Source: Promethearchaeota archaeon
Lineage (GTDB): Archaea > Asgardarchaeota > Lokiarchaeia > Sigyniarchaeales > SOKP01
Assembly: GCA_048940925.1 (NCBI GenBank)
Contig: JBHLOC010000002.1
Location: forward strand, 200,843-264,842
DNA length: 64,000 bases
Direction of reading: 5' to 3'
Positions 50,687 to 61,433 of the stretch are shown piece after piece (within the stretch, counting starts at the first letter, position 1; each line of letters starts with the position of its first letter). The notes beneath the pieces are model-generated. The model searched no databases and was not told where the DNA came from. It saw only the letters and a program-made list of their open reading frames with translations. Made by a program: the position numbers and the translations under genes.

Positions 50687-51475
50687 ATGTCATTTGTAGA
50701 AGTAAGTAAAGAGTTTTCTGAATATGGTCATAAAATGAAATTACTGGGCGTATTGGTGCTTGCAGATTTCTTCGTGTCAATAGTATCCCTCTTTATTCTT
50801 TATATTAGTTATATCTCTTGGGCTTTTATTATCCTTCAGTTATATTTTGTCTTTTCTGCATTGAAAAATATTAAATACGTGGCTGAGTCTTTAAATAATC
50901 CAAATTTGCATGAATATCGCTTTAAATGGATTAATGGATTTATAGTACGCTTTATTGGAGGTATTCTTACTGCAATAGGAGGAGTGAGTATTCTCGCTAT
51001 ACTTTTATTTAGCATTTCGATAATCTTTATAATAATATTTTTAATTGGATTAATAACTACAATTGTCGGTGCTTATTTCGAATGGCAGGCTTGGAGAGAA
51101 TTGATATTATTTTTTGAGCAAAATAGAAGGATGTTTCCTGAAATGATTTCTTACGATGCCAGAAGGGGTGCTAATTACATGAAAAATGCCGCAATATGTG
51201 ACATGCTATTTTTCTTAATAATAACAGCCCTTATCGCATTCATATTAAGAGTTGCAGGTTATTTCAAGTTAGCCAAATTGGAAGATATGAAACATATAAC
51301 AGTACAACCTGAAATATATCAACCTCAACCTTCGCAGTCTCTAGAACAATCAATAGATCAACCGATTCCAATAGGAATTTCCACTACAGAGGTAAAATAT
51401 TGTCCTCACTGCGGATCTGAAATTTCAGCTCTTGCAAAATTTTGTGGTTCATGTGGTTCAAAATTAGAGCAATAA
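50687..51475 (+). CDS. Membrane protein with C-terminal zinc ribbon
   Basis: Several TMs, Q/P-rich linker, YCPHCG...FCGSCGSKL. Confidence 0.8.
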   Translation: MSFVEVSKEFSEYGHKMKLLGVLVLADFFVSIVSLFILYISYISWAFIILQLYFVFSALKNIKYVAESLNNPNLHEYRFKWINGFIVRFIGGILTAIGGVSILAILLFSISIIFIIIFLIGLITTIVGAYFEWQAWRELILFFEQNRRMFPEMISYDARRGANYMKNAAICDMLFFLIITALIAFILRVAGYFKLAKLEDMKHITVQPEIYQPQPSQSLEQSIDQPIPIGISTTEVKYCPHCGSEISALAKFCGSCGSKLEQ

Positions 51476-51630
51476 TACATACTTTTACATATAGGTATGT
51501 TTTTAATCTTAGATTCTATATATAAAATTTTTTTAACTAAATCCCCTTCTGGATTAGAGGATTGTCTGTTTCTCTTTATAACTATTTTGCGTTAAAGAAA
51601 TTTTAAAAAACATTTTTAATTTGTAATTTT

Positions 51631-53061
51631 ATGAGAATCTTCCTAGTTATTTTTGACTCTTTAAGAAAAGATCATACAGGAAAAATCTATGGTAATGATT
51701 GGATACACACTCCCAATTTTGATAAATTTGCTAAGGATTCGATTGTTTTTGAGAGAGCTTATCCTGAATCTCTAGCTACTATTCCTGTGAGAAGAGCAAT
51801 CCACACAGGGCTTCGCACATTTCCTTTCAATCATAATAAGCCAAAATTGCGGACTGATGACGTTGTTAAATTACCAGGATGGGATCCTATACCTCCAGAG
51901 CAAATTCATTTATCAGAATACCTAAAAACTGATGGATATTTTTCATCATTCATCACTAGCACTTATCATCAGTTTAAACCAAATATGAATTTTCATTTAG
52001 GATTCGATCAGTGGAATTGGATTAGAGGACATGAGATCGATAAATATAGAGTAAGATATAGAGAAGATAAAACTAAATTTAGAGATGTTATTGATGATTA
52101 TATTATAAAAAATGAATCGATAAATAGAAATCATCAAAAGCAAATCCTGAATGTGTATCTTTCTAACATTCAAGATAGAAGAAATGAGGAAGATTACTTT
52201 CCACCTCAAACTTTCAAGAAAGCAATTGAATTTGTTAAAGATACTAAGAAAATTAAAAATGTTCTATGTGTTATTGATGAATTTGATCCTCATGAGCCAT
52301 GGGATCCCCCAGCTAATTATTTAGAGATGTATAGTGATAAAGATTATTCCGGTAAAAAAATAATTACTCCCTCCTACTCCGAAAATATTGATTATCTCTC
52401 TAATGATGAATTAAAATATATGAGAGCTTGCTATGCTGGAGAAGTTTCCTTATGTGATAATTGGTTTGGATATTTCATTGAAGAACTCAAGAATTTGGAG
52501 TTCTATGATAATTCATTAATTATTTTTATAAGCGATCATGGTCATAGCATTGGTGAACATAATGCAACAGGTAAATTACCAATGTTCATGTATCCTGAGT
52601 TAGTAGATATCCCGCTTATGATTAAACCTCCAGGTTGTATAAAAGGTCCAAAAAGAATAAAAAAATCATATGTCTATTGTCATGATATTTTACCAACAAT
52701 TTTTGGATTTCTAAGTAAACCTATATCTGAACATTTTCAAGGAATTGATCTTTCAGTCTTTCAAGATGAAGATGATCACCTAATTAATAATCGCGATTAT
52801 ATTACATGCGGTTATAGCATCTGCACTCTCTATAAAGACGATAATTATGCGTTAATCACTACTAATGATAAAAAATACCAAAAACTATTTAATTTAGAAA
52901 AAGATCCAGAATGGAATAATAATATAGCAAAAGAGAATCCAGAACTCGATGAAGAGCTCTTTAAAAAGATTGAAAAAGATGCAAATGGAGACTTATTATT
53001 AGAATGGAAAACGAGGATGGATGAGTTGAAAGATTGGTATATCCAAAAAAGTCCTTCCTGA
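51631..53061 (+). CDS. Sulfatase-like hydrolase (alkaline phosphatase superfamily)
   Basis: FDSLRKDH, TPNFD, TIPVRRAIHTG, FDPHEPW, SDHG. Confidence 0.85.
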   Translation: MRIFLVIFDSLRKDHTGKIYGNDWIHTPNFDKFAKDSIVFERAYPESLATIPVRRAIHTGLRTFPFNHNKPKLRTDDVVKLPGWDPIPPEQIHLSEYLKTDGYFSSFITSTYHQFKPNMNFHLGFDQWNWIRGHEIDKYRVRYREDKTKFRDVIDDYIIKNESINRNHQKQILNVYLSNIQDRRNEEDYFPPQTFKKAIEFVKDTKKIKNVLCVIDEFDPHEPWDPPANYLEMYSDKDYSGKKIITPSYSENIDYLSNDELKYMRACYAGEVSLCDNWFGYFIEELKNLEFYDNSLIIFISDHGHSIGEHNATGKLPMFMYPELVDIPLMIKPPGCIKGPKRIKKSYVYCHDILPTIFGFLSKPISEHFQGIDLSVFQDEDDHLINNRDYITCGYSICTLYKDDNYALITTNDKKYQKLFNLEKDPEWNNNIAKENPELDEELFKKIEKDANGDLLLEWKTRMDELKDWYIQKSPS

Positions 53062-53255
53062 TTTATGGTTTTGGATATCCTTGTTGGAGACTATGTTATT
53101 TAGGATTCTTTCCCTGTTTTCTTTTTTAAAATACCTATAATAATCTACAACTCTCAAAAAACTCCAAAAACATTCCAAAGGGTTTTATAATATCATTTTC
53201 ACACCATTTAATTAAGTTAAAAAATAAATGTCAGAAAAACAAAAATGTGATGTGA

Positions 53256-53642
53256 ATGAGTTTTAAAGATGAATTTGATGAGGATTTAGTTGATGAAGAA
53301 CCAGTAAGATCAAAAACTCCAGCAACTAAAACTCCTTCAGCAGGAAAGAAATTAACATTATATTTCATGTCAACTATTGGTCCTGGTGAAAAGAAAGAAA
53401 AATTAACCGTTATTGATGATAATCGTGTAAAAGAAATTAAACATACTCTAGGGAATTTATTCGGACTTAACCCTAATGATTTTCATATATCATCTGGTGG
53501 AGTTACTATGGATGATGAGGATCAATTAAAAGACTGTAGTATAAGGAATGGCGATGACATTCTTTTAATACCTGCGAGTACTGCTGGTATAAATTTCTAT
53601 CCAATTTATATTTTTTTTATCTTTATCTTTTTAGGTAATTAA
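53256..53642 (+). CDS. Ubiquitin-like domain protein
   Basis: Beta-grasp pattern VKEIKHTL..LFGL.P..FHI..GG.TMDD...LKDCSIRNGDDILLIP..TAG; acidic N-terminal tail; hydrophobic extension. Confidence 0.7.
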   Translation: MSFKDEFDEDLVDEEPVRSKTPATKTPSAGKKLTLYFMSTIGPGEKKEKLTVIDDNRVKEIKHTLGNLFGLNPNDFHISSGGVTMDDEDQLKDCSIRNGDDILLIPASTAGINFYPIYIFFIFIFLGN

Positions 53643-53873
53643 ATATTTTTACAACAATGTACATTAATACAAATTATTCTTCTGTTATTGTTCGTTTAAT
53701 GTATCCTTGATACATTTGTTTATTCTTTTCCCTTAGCAAAAGAAACTCTTCTATTTAATTTAGCTGAAAGATTCATGCGGAGAAAAGATTTATATAAGAA
53801 TTTATATATTGTTAAACATTAATTTTTATCTTTTTATCTAAGTTTTGTAAATCCTAAAATTTGTTAAAAAAAG

Positions 53874-56459
53874 TTGAGTTCAAATATGCGTAATAATAGA
53901 AATTATAAAATTTTGACTTTTTCTATTTTATTTTTGTATATTGGATCAATCATCGTATATAGTAATGATATTACAACTAATGAAAATATTCCTATTGTTA
54001 ATGATGTTAAAATAAAAAATATGGGGTATTGGGTGATTTCGCCATTTCTTATTGATGATACTGTTCCTGGTAGTGATTGGGCTTGGGCTGTAAGCCAACC
54101 TTGGTGTAATCTTATTGATGGTGTGTATGTAATCGAGAATGTAACTGTAGATGGTCAAAATTCTGGTAATTGTATTCATATTAAGAATTCCAATGTGCAT
54201 TTTATTATTAGAAATTGTACAATTTATAATGCAGATTTTTATTCTGGAGCTGGAATCCTCTTCGAAGATGTAAATAATAGCTATTTAATTAATAATGAGC
54301 TTTATTCTTGCAAAATCGGATTATCTTTAGCTAGTTATAGTTATAATAATACGATAAATAATAACACCTTATATTCTAATCATATATATGGTATTTACCT
54401 CAACACATTCTCTGATAATAATACAATAAGTAATAATATAGTGTATAATCATAATTACGGGATATCAGTAATTACTTCAAACTTTAATAAAATATGTTAT
54501 AACAAAGTTTATATGAATACAGATATTGGAATTGAAATCTCCGGAACTGCTAATAGCAATAAAATTTTTAAAAACACAGTAATCAATAATACAAATGATG
54601 GGTTCCATTTTTATGCTGGCCTTAAAAATGTTATTAAAGAAAACATAGTTCAAAAGAATTCTATTGGAATTTTTTTAGAAATGAACAGCCATTATAATAA
54701 TTTCTCAAGAAATTTTATATATAACAATACAGAATATGGGGTATATTTTTATAATGTTGCTGCTGAATGTACGAATAATCTCATTTATAATAATAGTTTT
54801 AATAATCCAAGTGGGATAAATGCATATGATGATGGAAGTACAACTCAATGGAATAATTCAATTATCGGTAATTATTGGCATGACTATAATGGTGTAGATT
54901 ATGATGATAATGGCATTGGAGATACTCCCTATAACATACCTCCTGATATTGGGAGAATAGATTATTTCCCAATTTGGCATGATAGTCCTAACATTTTTAT
55001 CAACTTACCTAAACCTTATGAAATTTTTGGAGATCATATTAACCCTCCAGAATTCAATGTAAGAATAAAAGATCCAAATTTAAATAAAATGTGGTATTGT
55101 TTAAATTCCGATCCTAAAAAATACTTCTTTTTATCTAATGAAACTATTGATCAAACAGCTTGGGCAGCTCTCTCTGATGGATATATCAAAATTAAGTTTT
55201 ATGCTAATGATACAGCTGGAAATATAAATTTCTCAACAGTTATCGTAATAAAAGACACTATTGCACCTGATATAAACATTTTATCTCCTCTGCCAGGAGA
55301 CTATTTGAGTTTTAATGCTCCTCAGTTTATCATCGAAATTAGTGAATTAACGTTAAATACAACTTGGTACACTTTAGATGATGGGATAACGAATATTACT
55401 TTTAGTGGATTAAATGGTACTATTGACCAAAATAATTGGACTATTTTACCCGATGGACCAATCACAATAAAATTTTTCGCTAATGACACAAACGGGAGAT
55501 CTAGCTCCCAAGAAGTTGTAGTTATAAAAGATAGTATTTATCCGCAAATCTCTATAGTATCGCCAAAACCGAACAAATTTTTTGGAATTAGTGCTCCAAA
55601 TTTTAATATTACTATTAATGAAATAAATTTAAATACTACTTGGTATACTTTGGACAATGGGATAACGAATATTATTTTTAGTGGATTAAATGGTACTATT
55701 GATCAAAACAATTGGACAATTTTACCAGAGGGACAAGTCACAATAAAATTTTTTGCTAACGATTCTGCAAGTAACCAAAATCATTCAGAAATAATAATTT
55801 ATAAAGATGTTGAAACACCAGAGATTATAATTAATTTCCCAATTCAGGATGATTTTATTGGAAGTGTTGCCCCAAATTTCAATATTTCCATTATCGAACC
55901 ATTTTTAAACACTACTTGGTACACTTTAGATAGTGGTGCAACAAACTTTACATTTGAAGGATTAACTGGACAAATTAATCAAATAGAATGGGCCAAGAAA
56001 GGAACTGGTATAGTAACCATTAGATTCTATGCAAATGATACATTAGGTCGTATAGGGTATGCTGAAGTTTTAGTCTTCAAAGATATTGACAATCCTGAAA
56101 TTACAATAAATAAACCCTCTCGATTTGAAACTTTTGGAAAAGAGGCTCCTTATTATGATATTTCAATCGAAGAACCAAATTTAGAATCTATGTGGTATAC
56201 TATTGACGGAGGTATTACTAATTTTACAATAACTCAAATCAATGGAACGATTAATCAAGCAGCATGGAATGCTGTTTCATATGGAAATATAACTATCAGA
56301 TTTTATGCGAAAGATCTTGCGGGAAATATTGGATACAGTGAAATTATCATAAAAAAAATGAAAAAAAGAGCACCAGCAATTCCAAGTTATCAATTATTAC
56401 TTCTAATTATTGCCATTGGTGTGATAACAGCAATATCCTTAAAGAAAAAATTAAAATGA
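53874..56459 (+). CDS. Cell-surface protein: NosD-type beta-helix + ~5 Ig-like repeats + Loki-CTERM-like anchor
   Basis: Signal peptide, NNTI.NN repeats, GNYW.DY.G.D.DDNGIGDTPY, repeats WYTLD..TI.FYAND..G, IPSY+TM+KKKLK. Confidence 0.88.
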   Translation: MSSNMRNNRNYKILTFSILFLYIGSIIVYSNDITTNENIPIVNDVKIKNMGYWVISPFLIDDTVPGSDWAWAVSQPWCNLIDGVYVIENVTVDGQNSGNCIHIKNSNVHFIIRNCTIYNADFYSGAGILFEDVNNSYLINNELYSCKIGLSLASYSYNNTINNNTLYSNHIYGIYLNTFSDNNTISNNIVYNHNYGISVITSNFNKICYNKVYMNTDIGIEISGTANSNKIFKNTVINNTNDGFHFYAGLKNVIKENIVQKNSIGIFLEMNSHYNNFSRNFIYNNTEYGVYFYNVAAECTNNLIYNNSFNNPSGINAYDDGSTTQWNNSIIGNYWHDYNGVDYDDNGIGDTPYNIPPDIGRIDYFPIWHDSPNIFINLPKPYEIFGDHINPPEFNVRIKDPNLNKMWYCLNSDPKKYFFLSNETIDQTAWAALSDGYIKIKFYANDTAGNINFSTVIVIKDTIAPDINILSPLPGDYLSFNAPQFIIEISELTLNTTWYTLDDGITNITFSGLNGTIDQNNWTILPDGPITIKFFANDTNGRSSSQEVVVIKDSIYPQISIVSPKPNKFFGISAPNFNITINEINLNTTWYTLDNGITNIIFSGLNGTIDQNNWTILPEGQVTIKFFANDSASNQNHSEIIIYKDVETPEIIINFPIQDDFIGSVAPNFNISIIEPFLNTTWYTLDSGATNFTFEGLTGQINQIEWAKKGTGIVTIRFYANDTLGRIGYAEVLVFKDIDNPEITINKPSRFETFGKEAPYYDISIEEPNLESMWYTIDGGITNFTITQINGTINQAAWNAVSYGNITIRFYAKDLAGNIGYSEIIIKKMKKRAPAIPSYQLLLLIIAIGVITAISLKKKLK
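55353..55765 (+). repeat. Recent internal duplication of an Ig-like unit (276-nt period)
   Basis: 55353-~55490 vs 55629-~55765 near-identical DNA (gggataacgaatatta.ttttagtggattaaatggtactattga.caaaa). Confidence 0.85.
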
Positions 56460-56760
56460 TATTCTTTATAATCCTCTTACTTTTTCTCTTCTAATTTTTT
56501 TCATTTGATATGATTAGCTTTTTATTCAATTTATAAGTATCTCTGGATTTATTTTTAAGAAATCTATTTAAATTCAATTGAGAAATTCCTATTTAACTAT
56601 AATATTCCTTTCAGTTCATTCAAAATTAGATTATATTTATTTAAGTTTTAGAGACTGAAAGATTTTCTTACAAATTATAATGATTCATAAGAATTATCAA
56701 ATAAATTAAAAACTATATCTCATTAAAAAAGATATCTTTTTTTTAGAATAACTGAATTTA

Positions 56761-57315
56761 TTGATAACAGAAGATATACAAAAAATGAAAGAACTTAAAA
56801 ATTATCTATGGCTAATTCCTTTTATAGGCGTAATTATATGCATTATTGCTTTATTAACTCCAGCAGCTTTTTTTGAGAATAGACAGTATAATCATACAAT
56901 TTATCGGTGGATTTGGGGTTTTTATTATGATAAGTTAATTTCCAATTTCGATCAAAGTGTTACTATTGAAAGTAGATTTTTTGATAATCCTCTTCAGCTT
57001 ATATCTTCAGCAATAACTTCAACTATTATAATTGCTTGTGTAATAATAACATTACTATCAGCTTATAAACGGAGAAGTGATTTAAAAAATGGAATAATCA
57101 AAGCAAAGACATTCCTAATTCCTGCAATATTGATTATTTTAAGTATGATAACTTGGATGACTCTGATGGAAATTGCTGAATTACAACTTTATGATTTAAG
57201 TATGTGGAATCGTTATTTTCCTAGTTTTGGTGTTATAGGTATGTTCTTAGGAGCTGGATTGATTATTGTTGGATTTTTTTTAGTTAAAAAAAATGGTTCA
57301 AAACCGCAGCTTTAA
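56761..57315 (+). CDS. Four-TM membrane protein
   Basis: IALLTPAA..WIWG..PSFGVIG pattern. Confidence 0.7.
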   Translation: MITEDIQKMKELKNYLWLIPFIGVIICIIALLTPAAFFENRQYNHTIYRWIWGFYYDKLISNFDQSVTIESRFFDNPLQLISSAITSTIIIACVIITLLSAYKRRSDLKNGIIKAKTFLIPAILIILSMITWMTLMEIAELQLYDLSMWNRYFPSFGVIGMFLGAGLIIVGFFLVKKNGSKPQL

Positions 57316-57346
57316 ATAAGAAATGATAAAGGGAATATACCTTGAA

Positions 57347-58234
57347 TCACTCATTTAACTTTTCTTTGATTTGAGTGACTAATTTATTAGCTTCTTCAGA
57401 ATCTGTAATGAATTCAATTTCCTTTGGAGAAGATATTCCTATGTCTAATTCTATTGCTCTTTTAATTTGTGCCTGATCAAAAATTGAGCCATTTGTTACT
57501 TCTGGAGTTGTTCCAAGTATTCTTAATAATGCAACTCCGACAACATCAAGTGCTATCTTGTCTGTACCCGCAACAAAGACATTAGCTTTTTTTCGAGTGC
57601 CTTCCATTGGTCCACCATCTATAAAAGTAATGATGCCATCCATGATAATTAAATCAGGTTTATATACAGAATTAATTTCTGCAATCATTTCCCTCTGATT
57701 TTTCGAAGAATGTAACTCCGACATGTATTCTTTACGTACTAATGCTACAGCATTTTTTAGCGATAATGTAAAATGACCACCATACATATGCGTTTTTAAA
57801 CAACATGTTTCAACAATACATTCTGCATCGTCATAAATTTTTGCAAAAAGAAAACCATTTTTCCAATGACTGCCTTCTGGCTTTTTTAGAATGTATTGTT
57901 CTTTAGGCACAGCAGTTAAATCGACTATATTAAAATCTAATTCTTCTGCTAATGAATATAATCCCTTCTTCTTAAATGTTTTAGCTGTGTCAGCTGGACC
58001 ACTTCGTTCAGCTACGGTAATTGATTTTGCACCCATTTCTTTTAACTTGATGATAAGTTGTCTAACAGTTTCCATTGAGCTTGAAGCAGGAGGAGGATCA
58101 GCTGTATTAAAATTAGGTTTAAAAATAACGTTCTTACCTTTAATAGGGTTGATTCCTAACAACTCTAATGACTTATTAACTCCATAAGCACGATCGTTTG
58201 TAGAGATAACCACTACTTTTGTCATTTTATTCAT
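57347..58234 (-). CDS. DUF362 family protein
   Basis: IFKPNFN, LKTH, TLSLKN, PDLIIMDG, DKIALD. Confidence 0.85.
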   Translation of the reverse strand: MNKMTKVVVISTNDRAYGVNKSLELLGINPIKGKNVIFKPNFNTADPPPASSSMETVRQLIIKLKEMGAKSITVAERSGPADTAKTFKKKGLYSLAEELDFNIVDLTAVPKEQYILKKPEGSHWKNGFLFAKIYDDAECIVETCCLKTHMYGGHFTLSLKNAVALVRKEYMSELHSSKNQREMIAEINSVYKPDLIIMDGIITFIDGGPMEGTRKKANVFVAGTDKIALDVVGVALLRILGTTPEVTNGSIFDQAQIKRAIELDIGISSPKEIEFITDSEEANKLVTQIKEKLNE

Positions 58235-58329
58235 AATACATAGTAAATTAATATTAATAATTAAAATTCATTTATTTAAAAAATAAGTGTAATTTTTAAA
58301 AAATTCAATTATCAAAGTGAAAGAGATTG

Positions 58330-58569
58330 TTAGTTTATTCTATTATTTAACGTAAAAGTATAACCCTCATTTTTTAATATTAATAGAATTCCTTCTTTCC
58401 TAAATTTCCTAATTAATGGTTTAATTTCAGACGAGGGGATACCAAAATTATCAGCCATTACTTCTATCATAAACTTTGGAAACTTTTTATATGTGTTCTG
58501 AAGAAACTGGAGCATTTCAAGAAAAATTTCAGAATAATCCATCATATCACTTTCAACTCCTAATTTCAT
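58330..58569 (-). CDS. Small winged-helix-like protein
   Basis: FGIP..EIKPLIRKFRKEGIL...GYTFTL. Confidence 0.55.
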   Translation of the reverse strand: MKLGVESDMMDYSEIFLEMLQFLQNTYKKFPKFMIEVMADNFGIPSSEIKPLIRKFRKEGILLILKNEGYTFTLNNRIN

Positions 58570-58732
58570 AAATTAATAGTGAGAATATACTCCTTTTAAA
58601 ACTATATCAATAAAAAAGTGTGATTTAGAATATAGATGATATGTCAAATTAATAAGTTATATAATTGACTATGAAGTAAAAACAGTCAATAGTGTAAGAC
58701 CTATCTGTAATAAAGTTTAAGTTAAATCAAGA

Positions 58733-59234
58733 AATCAAGATATTGTCTTAACCGAAGATGAAGCAATTCTAAAATCAAAACCAATGGGGAAAAATGTTGT
58801 TATAGGGGGATTAGATATTTATGGGAAGGGAGGTGCAGAAACCGCAATCACTTTAAATGAGCAAGGCTACAATATTAAAGCACTTGCGGGAAGTGAAAGA
58901 GTTCTGGCTGGGACTTTAACTCAAGCTAGACTAACTGGTAGAGTAACCTGGATTCATCGCTATTTCAAGAAGAATAAGATTCCAATTTTCATTAAAGTAA
59001 AGCACATTAATTTTAGTGATAATAGAGTAATCATACAAGATTCTGATGATAAAGAACATGTAATCGAATCAGATACCACTTGTTTATTGCAGTGCTCGAA
59101 CTACACCCAAATAAACCCTAGAAAAAGAGTTTAAGAATATAGGATTTGCAATCGATTTTATAGGGGATTGCAAGAAACCAAGAGACATTCAAGCGGTAAT
59201 AAGAGATCCCCAAACCTTTGCACGTAACATCTAA
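58733..59234 (+). pseudogene. C-terminal remnant of an NADH:flavin oxidoreductase (OYE/2,4-dienoyl-CoA reductase type)
   Basis: GKNVVIGG...GAETAITL, IESDT, then frameshifted FIGDCKKPRDIQ...ARNI-stop; no N-terminal barrel domain. Confidence 0.72.
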
Positions 59235-59722
59235 TTCTTATGAAAATACTCTACTCTATTTTTAAATTTTTTTTTCTTAATATCTTCTAATTTGGAATTT
59301 TTTTTCAGATCATATTCTTTCTTTTCTAAAGATATAAATCTCGAATTTCTATTCCCAAAAATCCCATGCGAAAATTTATCTAGTCAGAATATCTATACTA
59401 TATTGGAACAGTGATTTAAAATGACTAAATATAAAAAAAAAGGAAAAGAAATGCTTATATTTATGCCAAATCGAATAATTAAAATTTTGTGGATTATAGG
59501 ATTAATGCTATTCAAGTTTACTCTTATTGTTCTTTATTATTTTTATTAATTCCCCCTTCTTGTTCGATAGTACTTTTTTTTTGGATCATATCTTCAATTT
59601 AGAGGAATCTTAGATTTAAAACGGAGAGATCTTTAGTTTTTTAAAATATTTACACTTAAGTTTAAATATAACTTAATCTCAATTTTACCTATATAATCCC
59701 ATTAGAAGAAGATGAGGCTTAA

Positions 59723-60418
59723 ACGAAATATAAATATCCTTTTTTAATTTCTATAGTAACAATAATTTTTTTTTCAACTATCTTATCATACAGTCATGCT
59801 ACTACTAAAAAAACAGTCTATGATATTCGAGATTCTTACGTAAGTAGTTTTAATCTCGATACTAATTATGGTGGACAAACTGCTTTATATTGTGGAACAT
59901 GGGGTACTTATACCATCTATAAATATGAGATCTATATGTATTTTGACCTTAGCTTAGTAAAACAAGCCTGGAATAAAGTAAATCTGTATATTGTTTTTTT
60001 TTCTGTGCCACAAATCATACATTTCGATATTTTAAGAATATCAGGTAGTTGGAGTGAATTTTCAATCACTTGGGACAACAAACCCTCACATGGAATACAA
60101 TTATTATCATTTAAAATTAACGATAATGGGCTTTGTTGTATCGATGTTACTCCTTATGTTTCTGGAACTGAATTTTCTATATGCATTTGTAATACTTATG
60201 ATCAATATGATTGGATATCATCAAAAGAAGTCTACTATGCATGGGTATCATCTAGAGAAGATTCTTTGGAATTTAATAAACCAAAATTAGTTTTTGAGTA
60301 TGAAACTACTGGTATTGATTTTGTTCCTATCTTTATATTTTCTATTATTCTCATTGCTGTAATAGGTATTGCAGTATATGTTTTAAATAATCAGAAAAAG
60401 AAAATAAAACATAATTAA
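59723..60418 (+). CDS. Secreted/anchored protein with DNRLRE-like domain and C-terminal TM
   Basis: Upstream of tracked ATG: signal peptide KYKYPFLISIVTIIFFSTILSYSHA, DSYVSS..DTNYGG; WSEFSITWDNKP, SSRE..KPKL; start uncertain. Confidence 0.7.
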   Translation, partial: TKYKYPFLISIVTIIFFSTILSYSHATTKKTVYDIRDSYVSSFNLDTNYGGQTALYCGTWGTYTIYKYEIYMYFDLSLVKQAWNKVNLYIVFFSVPQIIHFDILRISGSWSEFSITWDNKPSHGIQLLSFKINDNGLCCIDVTPYVSGTEFSICICNTYDQYDWISSKEVYYAWVSSREDSLEFNKPKLVFEYETTGIDFVPIFIFSIILIAVIGIAVYVLNNQKKKIKHN

Positions 60419-60446
60419 GCACTATTACAGCATGTTTGCCATACAC

Positions 60447-61433
60447 TTATTTTTGAAAATCTTTTGGAATATGCACAGCAAACTTACAGAACAATGCACC
60501 ACTTAGAGGAGTTTCTATTGGTTCAACTTTAGTTGATTGATCGAATATTGTATCCCAATATAATTTGGTATATCCCGCGCTACACTGGCAGAAGTTCGAA
60601 GAAATTTCATGACTAGTACCATTTTTGAGTGCACCTCGCACCCAGGGACAATAACAAGTATAATACCTTTTCATCCTCTCATCTTTTACATTCAAATGAT
60701 TCTTTATTTGATAAGGTATTTTTGTGTTAATTATTATATTTCCTTCTCTTTTTCCAGGAGAGATTGTCGGATTATTTTTTACAAATTCTATGACTTCTTC
60801 ATCAATATATTGAGCAAACTCTAAAGTGCTCTCTTTTTGATGTTTTCGGAGTCTTTTAATTAACTCTTGCTTCTTTACTTTTAAAAAGTCATCAATATCA
60901 TTTAATTCTAAAAATTTTTCTCTGTCTTCTTTAATCGAACCAGGACGACCATGTAAACAAGGCTTTAATAGACTAATTGTTTTTTCTTTACCTAATTTTT
61001 CTTCCAATCTTTTCATGACAATTTTAGTAAATTCTGGTTTTCTCTCAGGGTGAACACCTAAAGGTGGAATTGCAATATTTTCAAAAATTTCGTCTTGTAT
61101 TTTTTTATCACATTCTTCACCAACTCTTTGATAGAGATTTTCCATTGCATTATAGGACTCTGATATATCGATGATCTCAATGACATAATCATATTTCTTT
61201 ATAAAGTTAGCATAATTAATTAACGCCATTAAAAAGTCTAAAACCGCGTCATTATCTTTTTTAACTAAAAATTCTGAATACTTAATTATCCCTCCACTCT
61301 GGATTGAATCGATATCGCTATTTTTTTTGTTAAGATATGTGTTAAATTCATTCAATCTGGAAATAAATATAGAAATTTGCTTCTGAGAAACATTATTATT
61401 TAAAAGATATTCTTGGAAGGGTTTTTCTTTCAT
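60447..61433 (-). CDS. DUF6144-like Cys-containing protein
   Basis: PCLHG, CYCPWVR, FCQCSAG, CKFAVHIP. Confidence 0.65.
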   Translation of the reverse strand: MKEKPFQEYLLNNNVSQKQISIFISRLNEFNTYLNKKNSDIDSIQSGGIIKYSEFLVKKDNDAVLDFLMALINYANFIKKYDYVIEIIDISESYNAMENLYQRVGEECDKKIQDEIFENIAIPPLGVHPERKPEFTKIVMKRLEEKLGKEKTISLLKPCLHGRPGSIKEDREKFLELNDIDDFLKVKKQELIKRLRKHQKESTLEFAQYIDEEVIEFVKNNPTISPGKREGNIIINTKIPYQIKNHLNVKDERMKRYYTCYCPWVRGALKNGTSHEISSNFCQCSAGYTKLYWDTIFDQSTKVEPIETPLSGALFCKFAVHIPKDFQK

